From assembly GCA_052327205.1 (NCBI GenBank), contig CM126222.1, forward strand, positions 66,650,001 through 66,714,000: a stretch of 64,000 bases of DNA, given 5' to 3'. The notes below the pieces were generated by a model. That model saw nothing but the letters and a program-made list of their open reading frames with translations. It was not told where the DNA came from and ran no database searches. The number at the start of each line of letters is the position of its first letter. Positions within the stretch are counted from its first letter, which is position 1. This stretch comes from Somniosus microcephalus (Eukaryota). The position numbers and the translations under genes were made by a program. This document shows positions 13,346 through 26,978 of this stretch, one piece after another.

Positions 13346-15389
13346 ACACACTCCCAGGGCAGGACCCTTCCAATCTGCTAACTATACAATGCTCAGTCTA
13401 GTCTGGGGTAGCTCAGCAGTCAAATAAGAGATTGCAAAAGAGCATCTCTCATTTCTGTTTCTGCCATTCTTTCCCTTTCACTTCTGTGTTTCGCTCTTCC
13501 CTTCACACTTCATAAACCCAGAATGAATTACAAATTCCGACAGTACGGGTTGAAAGTCTGAGTTTCTGCAATCTCTTGCATCACCGCAGCTATGTGTTTC
13601 AGGTAGTGTGTGCTTATTGGAACCACTAAGGCACCTCTCGCACTGCGAATGTGACTCCTTTTGCACCTGCAGTTCTCTACTGGGCATGTGATGTCAGTGC
13701 TCAGTGATAACATTATGTAGTGCTATTTTTAGAGTTGCAAATAAGAACATACAAACAGGGATTTTAATAGAACTCTTTTAAATATATATATATATATATA
13801 GTATGTAATTACTGAAGTAAAGTTAAACTGTTCTGGCTTTTATACTGTTTTCAGGATGTGTCCATAGCAAAATAGGACAATTTAATTTATTTTAAAAAAC
13901 GGATAGGAATATTAAAATTTGCAAATACTTTTGATTTGCAAGTCACAAAGGAGCTAATGGAAAAAACATGCCAAGCCTTTCTGGTTCTGCGTGCTTTGCA
14001 GCTGCAGTACTCTTCATTTAATCAATGCCACTTAAGATCAAATCTTACCTATTTTCCTATGTGGAATGTTCTTCCCAGTTTTATGTTATGTAATGTAATT
14101 TATATTGTATGAAATAAAATGCCAGAGTTGTTGTTCATAGCTTAATTTCAGCTCTGGTTTAAGGAAAATATGCATAAATGTATTTTGCTTCAGCCTGGGA
14201 GACCTTGGTTTGAATCACAGCCTTAGTTTCTAGTGTTGGTATGAACGTCGGCCAGCTGGCCAGCTTTGTTGTAATGCACGGCCCAGTGCCCAATGAAGAG
14301 CAAATCAAACAAAATCCTGGAGCTGTCAGCAGATCACCCAGCTGCCTTTTCAGTGACTGACCAGTGGATGATGAGGGACAAAATAAGTTGAACTAAATAA
14401 GTCTTTAGCACCACTGGGTAAGCCAAGATAAAAATGTGTCAAATGTACATCTATCTATATATATATATTTTTTTAAAGCCCCATTTTAGCCCATCAACGA
14501 AACTCTAACTTCCATCCCAAGGAGCCACTCAGATCCTAATCCTAATTGTAGGTGAAGTGTGACCCCAGGGGAAACACAGATTTCCTACCCCCCTTCCTTT
14601 TCCTTTTCTTCATTGACACCTCTGCTTAGTTATGGCAGTGACCCAGATAAAATCGGAGAGAAGCCCAAGTGCAAATGGCAGCCAGGAGTAAGGTGAAGAC
14701 CCAGACCTACCTGTCTACACATCACAGCCTACAGCAACCATTGTAGCTTAAAAATCTACTCTGATGTGTCCTTACTTGTTCACGGTTTATTACAACATAC
14801 ACTTTGAAATTTCATTGGTCTTTGCCTTAAGAGGGCAGTGCTAAATATAGACGTGTATTTGTTTGAGGACACTATATGAATAACAACTTTGTTTGTGCGA
14901 GGATATTTTGACATCGTTTGGGAGTGGCCAACTTTGCATAGAAACCGAGGGGAGTTTTGGAAACGGCTACAAACAGGCTTTCTATTTATACCTGCTTCAT
15001 CTATCAACAACAAAGGTGCGCCGTGAGCAGAATTGGGCTTAACTGTGATGTTCTCCATGGTTGACGAATGTTTCCAGTGCTGTACAACTGCCAACTTGAA
15101 AAATAATCTTTGTTATTGCATGGCAAGAAGGTGCATTATATTGAGAGAAATGTGGTAACCTTGTTAATGGAATGAGGTTTTCTACTGTGGGTAAACGTAT
15201 CAGAAACTCTTCAAAAGTTAGTGATACATTTTGTAGATGTTTACCTAACTATTGTACCTGCTATGAAAACTCCAACCACCCAAGACTGGTCTAATTTGAA
15301 CTGGCTGTTGTTTTGGATTGCATCAGGCACAAGCAGACATAGAAATGATCATTAGATTTTGTAACTGAATCAGCTACAGTGCTTTCTAG

Positions 15390-16480
15390 GCATATAAGTA
15401 TCTTTTTATGTTGTGTGTTTTTTTTTGCAATATAATGAGCCCCACATTATTTCTTTCCTCTTCCCCGGTTGTCTCCAAGCCATACAACAACAACTTGCAT
15501 GCTTTCCAAGTTGACCCATTATTTCTTTCTTGTGGTACAGTGTGGGTGGGGAGATCTGGGCAAAGTAGGATTCCAGGAAAAGGCTCCGGATTGCTTGGAG
15601 CTTCCAGAGAGGCTCCATACGTTCCCATGCTGACTGGTATATGTTCCACAAGTATTTCACCCACATGTTTGTTGTGGGGAGGAAGAATACATCATCTTGT
15701 GGGATAGTAGTGACATCAGCTTAAGAATTGGTAGAGGATAGGTCCAATAGGAACAGGCTCAGCCTGCAGGAATTGAGTCCCATCATGTTCTCTGTGGCCT
15801 TCCGGAGTCCTGTCCAGACATCTGACCAGAAAATGTGTTGCAGTCTGCATTTCTGACCTCAACTCCTTCAGTGGTTTATCCTCCAGAGAAGGTGGAATTT
15901 TTGAACTATCTGTGCAGTGCACTCAATACATTATCTTAAACTGATCCTCTTGTATTCTGCTACAGGTGGTAGTTGTGACGGCTTGCTTTCATATCTGTCT
16001 CCAATCCTTTTCTATCTGGTGACCCAAGTTTCATTTCTAGGTCTCCATCTGGTTTTCTGATTTGTTAACTATGGGGTCGGTTGAAGAGTGAAGTTACCAT
16101 ATAATGATACTGGTCATGTTTGGGGAGAAGGAATTTCTACACCAGCTATCCCCTGTTGAGGAACTGACCTAGTCTGATGATACCTTTCTTATGCCAGTTG
16201 GAATCCACCCACAGTGAACGCAACTGGGAAAGTATCGCAATGGGCAAAGGGCTGATGGGTCCTGTGGGTTTTTCCAGTGTGGCACGGACTACTGCGAGGT
16301 GTTCCTGGGCCTCTGTTGGCTTTCTTTGGGAGTTTATTGAGGTTGTTTTGGAGGCTCTGGCCTCCATTCTGATGCATGGGTTTGTGAGCAGACTAGATTC
16401 CAGGTCCTGTTTGTGAAGCTGGAAGGGTTTGAGGCATTTTCACAATTTCTTGCCTGCACATGGGAGCCTAGAGGTGCTCT
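15390..16480 (-). mobile_element. Heavily decayed L1/Tx1-like ORF2 3' region
   Basis: Broken minus-strand ORFs with motifs such as WHKKGIIRLGQF resembling the post-RT region of L1/Tx1; many stops. Confidence 0.4.
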
Positions 16481-17951
16481 CGTAAAAGGTCTTTGATTTG
16501 ATGACGTCAAGAGTACACTTCTATTACAATGTAAAGCAATTTACTATAAATAATTATGTTTGCCAAATGTATTGACAGTGGAGTTGCATTTTCTTTTCAA
16601 CTTAAAGGCTTAAAATTGGTATTGCTTATTTTTGATGCTGAGCTTGTCCCATATATTCCTGCACACACATTCTGTGCTGCTTTGTGGCATGACACCAGCA
16701 TGGTGATGCACTGAACTGGTTCAGTGTGTTTAGCAGGCCACAGAAGGAAGAGATTATTCTGATGACAAAATGTTGGTCTGTGTTACTGTCGGCTGTGTGG
16801 ACATCAGTTTGTTTGTTTCAGGAAGTGTTGTTAACTGAGGGGGAACTGCCTGTCAGTTGTAAATCGCACTCGTCTAATGTGAAAGCATTGTTAGAGAATC
16901 TGCTGTTGTAGTTGGAAAAAACGTAACCAAATTGCAACATGTGCTTTCTTACACTCTGAAATATAACAATCTAAAGGAACTAAACTACTACGTCACACAC
17001 AATAAACTACCATAATAGTATCTGTGTTACTAGTCTTGAATAGATTTCTAAGCTCTCTAGGTGCTGCATAGTAGTTACTTCCACACTTGTACTGACCAGC
17101 TTTGATGATGTTCTGGATAGGATCCTAAAGGTGTGTCTTATTTCATCACTTTCATGTCCCTATGTTGCCCAGTATGTTGAGGATCAGACTACTGTACTTG
17201 GGCAAAGCCCTTTGGAGCAGCACTTCTATAACATTTTAAAATGAAGTCACCAAAATTGGACTCTCTTGTACATAATTTTAAATAAATTTTCACATGTTGC
17301 ATATTTATATATTTTTTAAAAAGCTTCTGGTCTGCCTTTTCAGTGTTGAGTTCCATTCCATATGGTTGTTACAAGTGCTGTAATAAAGGCAGTGATTTTT
17401 CACTTCTATCCCCTCCCCAAGATGTTACACATATGGTATATCATATCTTGATTGGGGTGAGCTTAATATTCCAGTTTAGGGACATGTATTCTGAGTGAGG
17501 GTATAATGCAGCTTCAGTAAATGGAGGGGCAAGAATGGCTCGGGATTAGTTTTGAGCATGTCTGAACAGTCTAAATTGCAGGTTTAGATTTGCAACATTA
17601 GTCAGCTTTCCAAATGCAAAACTCTTGCTTCTGAGTGAGCCAATTAGATGATATCTATGGGGATGCCTGCAGACTGTGTGCCAGTAACCTCCTGACCAAG
17701 GATAGCAGTCCTAGTTACTTGGGAGGGAGAATAGAAAATGTAAGTGAAAAAACTGTTTTAAAAAAAACCACAAAAGCTCTGAGAGCATAGTTTAAATTGT
17801 AGGTTCTTGGTTAGACTTTTGTTCAGCATTGGCACCTTTTTTGGACCCCTACTGCCTTAATCATTATGCTCCTATGTTGTGTGGATGCTGCACTCGTCAG
17901 TTCTAAAATGGCAAAAATAGTTTATTTTAGCTCCAGTTTGTTATTTTGCAG

Positions 17952-18013
17952 GGGATGTCTTGTTCCAGATGGCAGAGGTCCACAGGCAAATCCAGATACA
18001 GCTTGAAGAAATG
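17952..18013 (+). CDS. BAIAP2: BAIAP2/IRSp53-type gene, exon 4 equivalent (I-BAR/IMD domain)
   Basis: ttttgcag|GG GAT GTC...GAA ATG|gtgagt; 62 nt; encodes (G)DVLFQMAEVHRQIQIQLEEM, close to IRSp53 DVLFQMAEVHRQIQNQLEEM as recalled. Confidence 0.95.
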
Positions 18014-18476
18014 GTGAGTATTCCTTTTAAGGTAGTGTGAGTGTGCGGTTTGATTCACGAGAGCTTGTACCTGATGAGCGATGGTTGCTGTCAAGTGATT
18101 AAATTCTGTTCTATTTTTTTCTTGTGAAGGGGATACTTTTTTAGCTGAAATAGCTAAAAATGAATATACTTTTGCCAGATTGGACACGCACATCTGCGTT
18201 CAAATCCTATTTGCCTGTTGAGAGAAATATGTTTGACATTTAGCCGCTGTATAGCATTTTTCTCTGAGATATTTAATAAGTGTGTGTGTGTGTGTGTGTG
18301 TGTGTGGCAATCACTTGCACATGATTAACCTGAGGATCCAAGATCCAATCAGTGTCTCCTCAGCGTGGGTGTGTGCGAGTATCTGTGTGTGGGTGTTCAG
18401 GGGGATTCTTGTGCTCTTGACATTATTAAAATTGAATGTTGTAAGTCGTACAGCTGACGTTTTCTTGCTGTTTCAG

Positions 18477-18548
18477 TTGAAAGTGTTCCACGGTGAGCTG
18501 CTTGCGCAACTGGAGCAGAAGGTTGAGTTAGATGCCAAGTACTTAAGT
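18477..18548 (+). CDS. BAIAP2: BAIAP2-type exon 5 equivalent (I-BAR)
   Basis: tttcag|TTG...AGT|gtaagt; 72 nt, phase 0/0; LKVFHGELLAQLEQKVELDAKYLS (inside ORF 18282..18689). Confidence 0.95.
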
Positions 18549-20264
18549 GTAAGTTTCAGGCTGAATTCTGTGCTGTCACACCATTTGATTAATAAGCTCA
18601 TATTAATCTTTCAGTTCACTTTTTATCATGTAATACTACAGCAAAAAAAAAAGGAATGTTTTCAAATGCAAAATAAAAAGATGGCATGAACTGATTACAA
18701 GATTGTAATCTAATAGTGTTATGAACTCGGGTTGAATTACAGCTTTGAAAATGTTCCTTATCCACCTGTCATTTATAAGGAAAGAGTGGTGGTTTGGGAA
18801 GTTTTTTCAAGCTGCCTTGGTGCCTGGACTATCTTCTCCTGAAAATTCTGGTTCAGATCTGCCATATTGGCTTTTGGGAAAAGTTTCCTGCCACAGCAGG
18901 TGCTACAGACATACTGTTAGCTGCTGCAGTGTGAATTGTTGCAGTGCCATTCTGGAATGATGGGCTTTATACATTGTAATTAAATTTTGCACAGGTCACA
19001 GTTGCTGACGTGATATTATTTCATCCAATCCAGTCATTGCAGCTTTTTCTGTATTATTTTGCTGGTAAGCTAGCATGTGATTCACTTTATCAATTAAAAT
19101 GTTTGGGTTAATGTGTCACAGGGACAAAGTCGGGCATTCGTACCTCAACAGAGGCACACATTTGAGTTCGAAGACCCATTAAGTTTTGTGTGTGTTTTGC
19201 ATTTTCTTGACTTATCAACCTTTTTAAACTTGTATTCTGTTTGTCTGAATTACTGACATCAGAAGCGGACCATTGATTCAGAGAAATTTAAGTTTGTGAG
19301 CTGAGTAAACCTGCTTTTGAAATTAGGTATAACTATTAACAATACTAATTTACTAATCTTGAGTGATGAATGCAAACAATAAGATGTCATGGTGGACATT
19401 ATACATTAGTGTCAAGTTACAGAGGCAATTCCATTTCAATAAATGCAGTCAAATTTCTAGACGGTTTGTGACAGTCTTTGTTTGCTGCTAGCTCCAACAC
19501 TTCCTCATGCTGCCAGTCAAAATCTTCATAACTCTACATTACACAGCTTATGTGCCTTGAGGAATTAGTTCACTTCCAGTAGTTTATTTTTTGGTGTGTC
19601 TGGCATGTTTTTAATATCCACTGCCAGAAATACAATTCTCATTACTTGGACCGGGTGGCCTCAACACCAACAACAGCAACTTGCATTTATATAGCACCTT
19701 TAACGTAATAAAATGCTCCAAGGTGTTTCACAGGAGCCTCTTAGGATTGTTCCTTCAAGTCTCCTATCGTTAGCTGTTGGATTCAAACCTTACTGCATAA
19801 TGGATAATAGAACAAGATGTGGCTACTTTTATTGGCAAACCAAAGCCTTATCATATTTTGTCTGTTTTAGAACGCCAGGACAGGTTCTCACACATATATT
19901 TTACTGGTGGGTGTGAACTGATACACTGATCTGTCAGCTATATATTATGAGGTTTATCAGGAACCATTAGAAGATGAATTGAACTAAAATTGAGCATTGG
20001 GATGGGCAATAAATGCTGGCCGTGCCAGCGACGCCCACATCCCATGAATGAATTTTTAAAAAGCAGTTTGAAATCAATACCATAATTGCGTACTGACTGA
20101 CTTTTATATAAAAAAAAAAAAAAAAATGAAATCTTGCCTTTTACTCCATGTTCCTTCTACTTTATTATCCCACCACAAAGGCAAGCCTCCTTCCTGTTGC
20201 TAAAGTAATATTGCCACCATTGCCAGTTTTGTTAAGTTATTTTTATTTACATTTTTCCCTTTAG

Positions 20265-20402
20265 GCAACATTGAAGAAGTATCAAGCCGAACATAAAGCC
20301 AGGCTGGAGTCACTGGAAAAGTGCCATGCAGAGCTGAAGAAACTTAGAAGAAAGAGCCATGGGAGCAGGAACCCAAAGAAATATGGAGAAAAAGAGATGC
20401 AG
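20265..20402 (+). CDS. BAIAP2: BAIAP2-type exon 6 equivalent (I-BAR basic cluster)
   Basis: ctttag|GCA...CAG|gtatgg; 138 nt; [46 protein letters not shown], includes the KKLRRK membrane-binding patch. Confidence 0.95.
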
Positions 20403-20541
20403 GTATGGACTTGCCCCTGGTGGTTCTTCACATGATCAGTTATTTGAACTCCTTTTGGCAATGTTTCAGAAAAATTCTCTTGGGGGAAATTATTTTAAAT
20501 TTCCTTCTTTTTGGGAGGCTGAGTAGCCTAGTAGCTTAGAC

Positions 20542-21957
20542 CAGGGGTTCTCAACTGGGGGTCCGCGAGAAGATTTCAAGAGGTCCACCATAAATAACTC
20601 CTGGGATTATAAAAAAAGAAACATATTAAAAAAAAAAAAAAAAAATTAAATTAAGAAAAATACACCGTCGCATAAAGGTGGGATTGAGCTGAGCAAACTG
20701 GTGGCTCCGGCCCCGACTCGGACCTCTGTTTCCTCCTTCCCGAACGTCTGCGCGATGACGGCAGCTGCTGCTGCTGCTGAGCCCAGGACCCCGCTCGCTG
20801 AGAAGGGAGAGAGACGGAGAGCGCAGATTCCCCCCCCCCCCCGGCTCGAGCTTTCTGTCCTCCGCTCTTCTCTTGCCAGGTCCTGTTGTATATTACATCA
20901 CCCCATCACACTTGTCCTAACGCCGCGCTGCATGGGTTGTTGTTGTTCCCCTCCCCCGGGCTAATTGGGGCAGTTGCTCTTCTAATTTCACCCCTTGCTC
21001 TCTCAATCCTCTCACTGCCATACATCACCAGTGACAACTGTAACCCATTCAGAATTTTTTTTTGTTATTTGCGCGGTCGGGATCGTCAATCAAATGAAGG
21101 GGCAAGGAAATACGCGGCAGCTGCAAGGAGGAAAGAAGCTGCTGGGGAGGAACAGTGAGTCGCTGTCTTCCTGGAGGAAGAAGAGCGGAATGTGTCAACA
21201 TTAGGAAATTATTAGGATTGACACTCGTTACCAGCAAAACTGAAACAGTTTGCAAACTCATTTAAATATTCTGCACTGTCTAATTTCTTCCCCCCCCCCC
21301 CCCCCATTTTCTCTCCCGCTGTCTTCAAAGTGTTGACTCTCACTGTAGTATAGTTACAAGGGTGCTGGCTGTGCTTTGGTGCCTAACTCATTCATTCTTC
21401 ACCTGCGCGCCTATACCTCGAGTGTTGGCAGTCTTGCTCTACCAAGGAGGGCATCACAAGCAGACCTGCTTGTTCACACCCAGAATAAAACATTAATCTG
21501 GACACTGCTGCCAGCAATTTGGGAGAAAAATCATCCGGGCCTTAAAAATTTTTTTTTTTTTAATTGTGTTTTTTCACTTTCATTGTATACTTTTGTTTAT
21601 TAGTTCTAAAAATATTGGAGATGGGGGCGGGGCAAAAGGCTGTTTGACAATCAAGCAGAGAACTTGGACTGGCTGATGTGCCGGGAACAGTTGGTGAGGG
21701 AGTTGGGGGTTGCAGGGGAAAGAGGAAAACTGGGGATCAGGTGATTGGGACTATTGTAGAGGAAAAGAAGGTGTGAGATGGACATGGGGGACCTGTATTT
21801 TCTGGAGTGCCGGGATAGCAGCAGCAACCTGGTGAGTGGGAGCGGCGCTGAGGGAATTTTTATACAGAAAAAATACTTGACTTGCGTGACAGGGGATTCG
21901 TGGAATTTTTATAACACTGGAGCGGGACCTCAGAAGCAAAAAGGTTGAGAACCCCTG
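20542..21957. mobile_element. 1.4-kb non-autonomous hAT (Charlie-like) element
   Basis: TIR CAGGGGTTCTCAAC / GTTGAGAACCCCTG; 8-bp TSD GCTTAGAC / GGTTAGAC (7 of 8); no transposase ORF. Confidence 0.85.
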
Positions 21958-22551
21958 GGTTAGACCACTGATCTTTTCCTCTTTGGAACCTGAATGGGAT
22001 GGAAAAACAACTCCAAGGAGCCTTGTGAAGTTAGGTTCAACCCAGTTCCTAGTGAGCACGGGTACACAGTACAAATCTTCTGTAATTTGGCACTAAATTG
22101 CCAGTCTTGCTCAGCAAGGCCATAAGAATGGCTGCTGGTGGTAAATGGAAATGGTGCATTGATGTAGTAGTGGATGCTCACCTGAGATTCAAGCTAAAGT
22201 AGATTTTTGGGATTAGTTTTGTTGTGTATCTGACTCTGCTACACCTGACCTGGGAGTGCTCGATGTCAAAACTGGGTGTTTACAGTGAAAAACTGTTTAT
22301 TCATTTAATGCTGATGTTGGCCATTTGACAAACAAGAATTTACCAAAAAAAAATTAAATTAAAAGTTTCCCTGAAGACTAAGAAATGGGAACTTGGCATT
22401 GAATAATTGCAGTTGCTTTGTTTTTGAATATTGGGTTAAAGCTTGGACTCTTTTTGAACAGAAAAAATACATTGTAGTCAGACCACCTACTATCTTGGAA
22501 AAATACAGTTGTGTGGTGATTTGGGTGGGTGAACATCTATATTGATAAATT

Positions 22552-23310
22552 GGCCCAAAATTTGCGGTCGGAGGCTTCCCACGAGCGGGCGGATGCCTCC
22601 GACCTACAAAAAATCTACGAATTTACCTGGTGGTCCGGGAGGTTCGTAGAACCCCTGGGTTAGACCAGTGGTACCCGCGGGTAGAGGCCCACGTATCCCG
22701 GGGTGCAGGAGGTTCGCAAGCGCCCCTGGGATCACGTGGGCCAGCCCAACCAATGAAAGAAGGGGAATCCCCATTCATACTTATGGGAGTTCCATACATA
22801 CGGAATCCCCATAAGTATGAATGGGGATCATTTAAAATTTATTTCATGTGTTTGTGTAATTTTTAAAAATTATATATTTTAAATTAATTAAAATGCCATT
22901 TAATTAAATATTTAAACATTTAATTTTTTGAGAAATTTATATTTTATCGGGGCTAAATATAAACTTACCTTTTATTGGACAGTTTTTAATGTATAAATGA
23001 GTGATAACATTTTATTTTTCTATTTTTTAAAACTCTTACGCTGGTAAAAGCAGGCCTTGCTCCTGTTTATACCAGGTGTAAGAATTTCAAGGGCATTCGC
23101 TGGGCAGAAGTTGGGCAAATAGGGCAACTCTTCGCCCGCGGAGGCCTTTCTCCCGGGGGATGCGGATCATCTGTCAAGAGAATTCTTGATCGTTCACAAG
23201 TTCCGTGTTTTCACGCATGCGCGTCGCATGCCTAAACCCAGAACTTGCGCGGCCCTTACGGGTGCGTGCACACCTCGTACGCACCCGTAAGGGGTCACAA
23301 ATTACGGCCC
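22552..23310 (+). mobile_element. Harbinger-like MITE, family A relative
   Basis: TSD ATT/ATT; imperfect TIR GGCCCAAAATTTGCG / CACAAATTACGGCCC; shares the ggtcggaggc...gcctccgacc hairpin and internal blocks with 31183. Confidence 0.8.
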
Positions 23311-23906
23311 ATTAACCTTGTATGCACTTGTGAATATATTTTCTCAATTTACTTTCTCCCAAAGCAGTTGCAGCCACCAATATGATTATTTACTGGGAAG
23401 CAGAACTCAATCTCCAGGGAAAATTAAACCATTATTTGCATCTTGAACATATTTTCTAAAGTGATAGATAAATAGTATTACATATATTGTATCTGCATCT
23501 TTTAGTATCAGTAACTTGTTCCAGCAAAGACCCCCTGGATAACAATCAAGCAGAAACCCTGGCTGATTTATTTCCCCCTCCCTAGCCTATGGAAGCTGTG
23601 GCCAATTGTAGTGCTGCCAGTGATGCTCCAGCTGCGATTAGTTAACTCAAGGGACAGAAGCTGCGACCTCCCTGGCCTGTATAGTTTACTAATAAAACAC
23701 TGATTAATTGACCAGTTGAATCACTGGAGGGACACAGTTTCTTATGTGGCTTTATGCTAGAGTAGGAATGATGGGAGCCTGGTTCTCTCTACCAGTTTTC
23801 ATACTGAATGCTGATGGCAATCTCTTATGGAGAAATTATATATAGCCCATATATAAAGTGATGATTGCTCCTGAATAAATATCTGTGCTATATCGATGAA
23901 GATAAT

Positions 23907-24603
23907 GGCCTAGAAATTGGGTTGGGGCGCCAAAGTGGCGCAAAAGTCGCCTGAGCGCAGGATTTAGCGCAGCGATCGGAGTGATACCGATCACCAGAAA
24001 TTCAGTTTCAGTGCTGCTCGAGGGAGACGGGGCGAGGCTCGAGGCGCTCCGCGTCCCTCTTGGGGCGCTGAAACTGATTATCGCAGCGCAACGTGCCGCA
24101 GCACCACACGCTGCGGCACGGCACACTGCGGTACTGCAGGCCTTCCTCCCACTGTTAAGGGGGAGGTGCCTGCAACAGCGCAATCCCCGCTCGCGAGTGC
24201 CGGCAAATGAGCCCGGCACCAAGGAGAAGTGCCGGGCTCTCGGGAAACAGCCGGCAATGCCACGGGGGAGGGGGGGGTTAGGAGGCCGGGGACTGAGGTG
24301 CTGGCAGGGGGCCGCCGAAAAAGCGGCCGCCCCGCATCTCCACCTTAACTTGCGCCGCTGCCGGCACAGTAAGGCCCCGTGAACCGGGCGTGGGTTGCGC
24401 CGTTCGCTACCAAATATCGCGAACGGGGCACGAATGGGCGCTGCGCACACCAATGACGTCATCGGTGGCGGCGCAGCGCAAATGTCTAACGCCACCATTA
24501 GCGCCCCTACTGAATATCGCGGGAGACGCAGCCAGTGGCGCTACAGCCACTGACTGCCTCTTTAGGCGCTAACAGGTGGCGCTACTCACCCAATTTCTCC
24601 CCC
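23907..24603 (+). mobile_element. Harbinger-like MITE, family B copy 1
   Basis: Ends GGCCTAGAAATTGGGT / ACCCAATTTCTCCCCC; flanks AAT/AGT; CpG-rich; direct homolog at 42540-43242. Confidence 0.85.
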
Positions 24604-25025
24604 AGTGAGTTTTAAAAATCCAGAATAGAGCTGTAAATTATGGTTAATATGGTTGCAGCAGCTGTTTGATTCCTGTTAGCTGCTTTGGACTATTCAAATC
24701 ATTGAGAACTCAATATATTAAATTTTAATGAATGCCTTGAATACATATTTTCTCAAATTGTAAAATCCCTTAGTCTTGGCTCGTAGCAGTATATGCTGAT
24801 ATATGTGCAATTTCACTGAATAGCACAAAAAGCGACACAGTAGGAGTAGCGAGATGTTTTTTCTTTCTCCAGTACTTGGCTTACATAAAGACTTGCACTA
24901 TAATTAGAATAATTGCATTTTTAAGATTAACCTTTCTGTGGAAGCATTTGAGCAGTGTGTGGGTCCTATTAAAATTTAGAGTTCACAAACTTAAACCCTT
25001 TTAGTCTTCAAGAAGATCTATTTTA

Positions 25026-25615
25026 CAACAACATGCATTTATATAGCGCCTTTAGTGTAGTAAAACGTCCCCAGGTACTTCACAGGAGCGTTCTCAAAAT
25101 TGTTTTGACACCGAGCCACATAAGGAGCGATTAGGGCATGTGACCAAAAGCTTGGTCAAAGAGGTAGGTTTTAAGGAGTGCCTTAAAAGAGGAGAGAGAG
25201 CCAGAGAGGTTTAGGGAGTTCATTCCAGAGCTTAGGGCCTAGGCAGCTGAAGGCACTGCTGCCAATGGTGGAGCGATTAAAATTGGGGATGCGCATGAGG
25301 CCAGAATTGGAGGGGCGCAGACACCTCGGAGGGTTGTAGGGCTGGAAGAGGTTACAGAGATAGGGAGAGGCAAGGCCATGGAGGGATTTTGAAAATAAGG
25401 ATGAGACTTTTTAAATCGAGGCATTGCCAGACTGGGAGCCAATGTAAGTCAGCGATCACAGGGGTGATGGGTCAACAGGTCTTGGTGCAAGGTAAGATAC
25501 AGGCAGCAGAGTTTTGGATAAGTTCAAGTTTATGGAGGGTGGAAGATGGGAGGCTGGCCAGGAGAGCGTCGGAATAGTCGAGTCTCGAGGTAACAAAGGA
25601 ATGGATAAGGGTTTT
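25026..25615 (-). mobile_element. L2-type LINE 3' fragment
   Basis: acaacaacatgcatttatatagcgcc tail; reverse complement matches 1359-1612 and extends into ORF2-like sequence. Confidence 0.8.
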
Positions 25616-25745
25616 ACTGGTTGTGGTTACCTTGGTGAAAGATAAATGTTTCTGTAAAATATGCTACTATTTTTTGACCTGCTCTTAGAATCAGACAGTT
25701 AGTTGAGCTCTGATGGAAAGAAAAGCTGCTTAAGCTGGTCACTTA

Positions 25746-26567
25746 GGGGGCGATTTTGTGAATGGAGGTGCGTTGAAGGCGGGACTGCTGCTTATTTGGT
25801 TTCAGTCCCGCCTCCATCGAATTGTAGCCAACCCACGCTATTTTCCCTTGATTGACCTTGTTAAGCCTGCCAAGCGGGCTTAGCAGGCCAATTAAGGGAA
25901 AGCCGGTTGCAGAGCACATCAACGTATGACGTGTCATCTGTCAAATTTTTGACAGATGAATTGTCATCATTTGACAGCTCTGTGAAGCTGTCAAACACTG
26001 ACAATCTCTGCAGTTTGATGAGGTCTTGCATACAAGACCTCATCAACCTTCTTTTACAGAATTGAGATGTTTGTTGCATCTGAGAATGCAACGGACATCT
26101 CTCATCTGCAACACGGAGGTGCGAGATTCTCTGCATAGAAACTGACTGAAGCCTGCAGGAAGAAACAAAAGTAAGTACACTTTTAAAAACACTTTGCACT
26201 TACCTCAGATACTCACCTCTACACTCTTGCACCCATCACTTACCTTCACACCACACTTTTGCACCCCCCCCCCCCGACCTCCGCAGACCCAGTACTCGCC
26301 TCGCTGAGTTGTCGGGTTTTGGGGCCATCGGGGAAACCTGCACTTAAGAGGGCAAAAAGGAGATAATCCTATTTTCTGCCTGTTAACTACCTGTTAACAG
26401 GCAGCTAATAGGCTTTAATCCCTTCCCGCCTCCAAGGAGATGGGACCTGGCGCGGGACGGCAACCCGCCTCCTGGGAAGATGGCATGGGGGCGGGTTTGC
26501 CACCCGCCCCCAAATTCTGCCATTTTCCCGGCAGTCCTGCCTCCCCAGGGCTGGCAAAATCGCCCCC
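25746..26567 (+). mobile_element. Harbinger-like MITE, family D copy 1
   Basis: Perfect 13-bp TIR GGGGGCGATTTTG; flanks TTA/ATA; inverted homolog at 30031-30784. Confidence 0.85.
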
Positions 26568-26978
26568 ATACTCTCTTCTGGTACCTACTGTGTAAAATAT
26601 ATCTAGAAATTTAGACTTGCTTTTCTGCCTTAAAAAAAAAAATGATATTGAGCTGCTCATGCGTTTTGAAGCTGTTCCGTGTTCTTTCTGCTTCCCGTCC
26701 GTGCAACCAGAGGATTATATCTAGTAAGGTCCACAAGTTAAAATTTTTCATCGGCCTAGGACCTCATTTTTTGTACTACTGTTCAGTGAAAGGTCCTTAT
26801 AAAATGTTCACATTTTTGTTTACTATAGTTGCCCACTTTTATGAAGTAGACCAATATCCAGCACCATGCAGTGATGTAGACCAGAACTGAGTTTAGAGAA
26901 ACGAGCAGCAAAAAGGCATTTGAGAGAAGTGAAATGCAGTAATGTGCGACTCCTTACTTCCCAAAAGAAATTTATTTT

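Noticed and set aside
1-17951. Exons 1-3 or a separate gene in the first 18 kb
   Set aside because: No sequence encoding the expected IMEQFNP or AAKGYFDAL peptides was seen; the region reads as repeat-laden intron. A small exon missed by eye cannot be excluded
18280-18306. (TG)n microsatellite and assorted poly-A/poly-C runs
   Set aside because: Ordinary simple repeats; homopolymer lengths may reflect sequencing error
23836-24498. 220-aa ORF and similar ORFs at 23981, 42527, 42571, 4998, 27591 and 34216
   Set aside because: They lie within GC-rich MITEs or the LTR, where stops are rare; frames are not preserved between copies and no domain is recognisable
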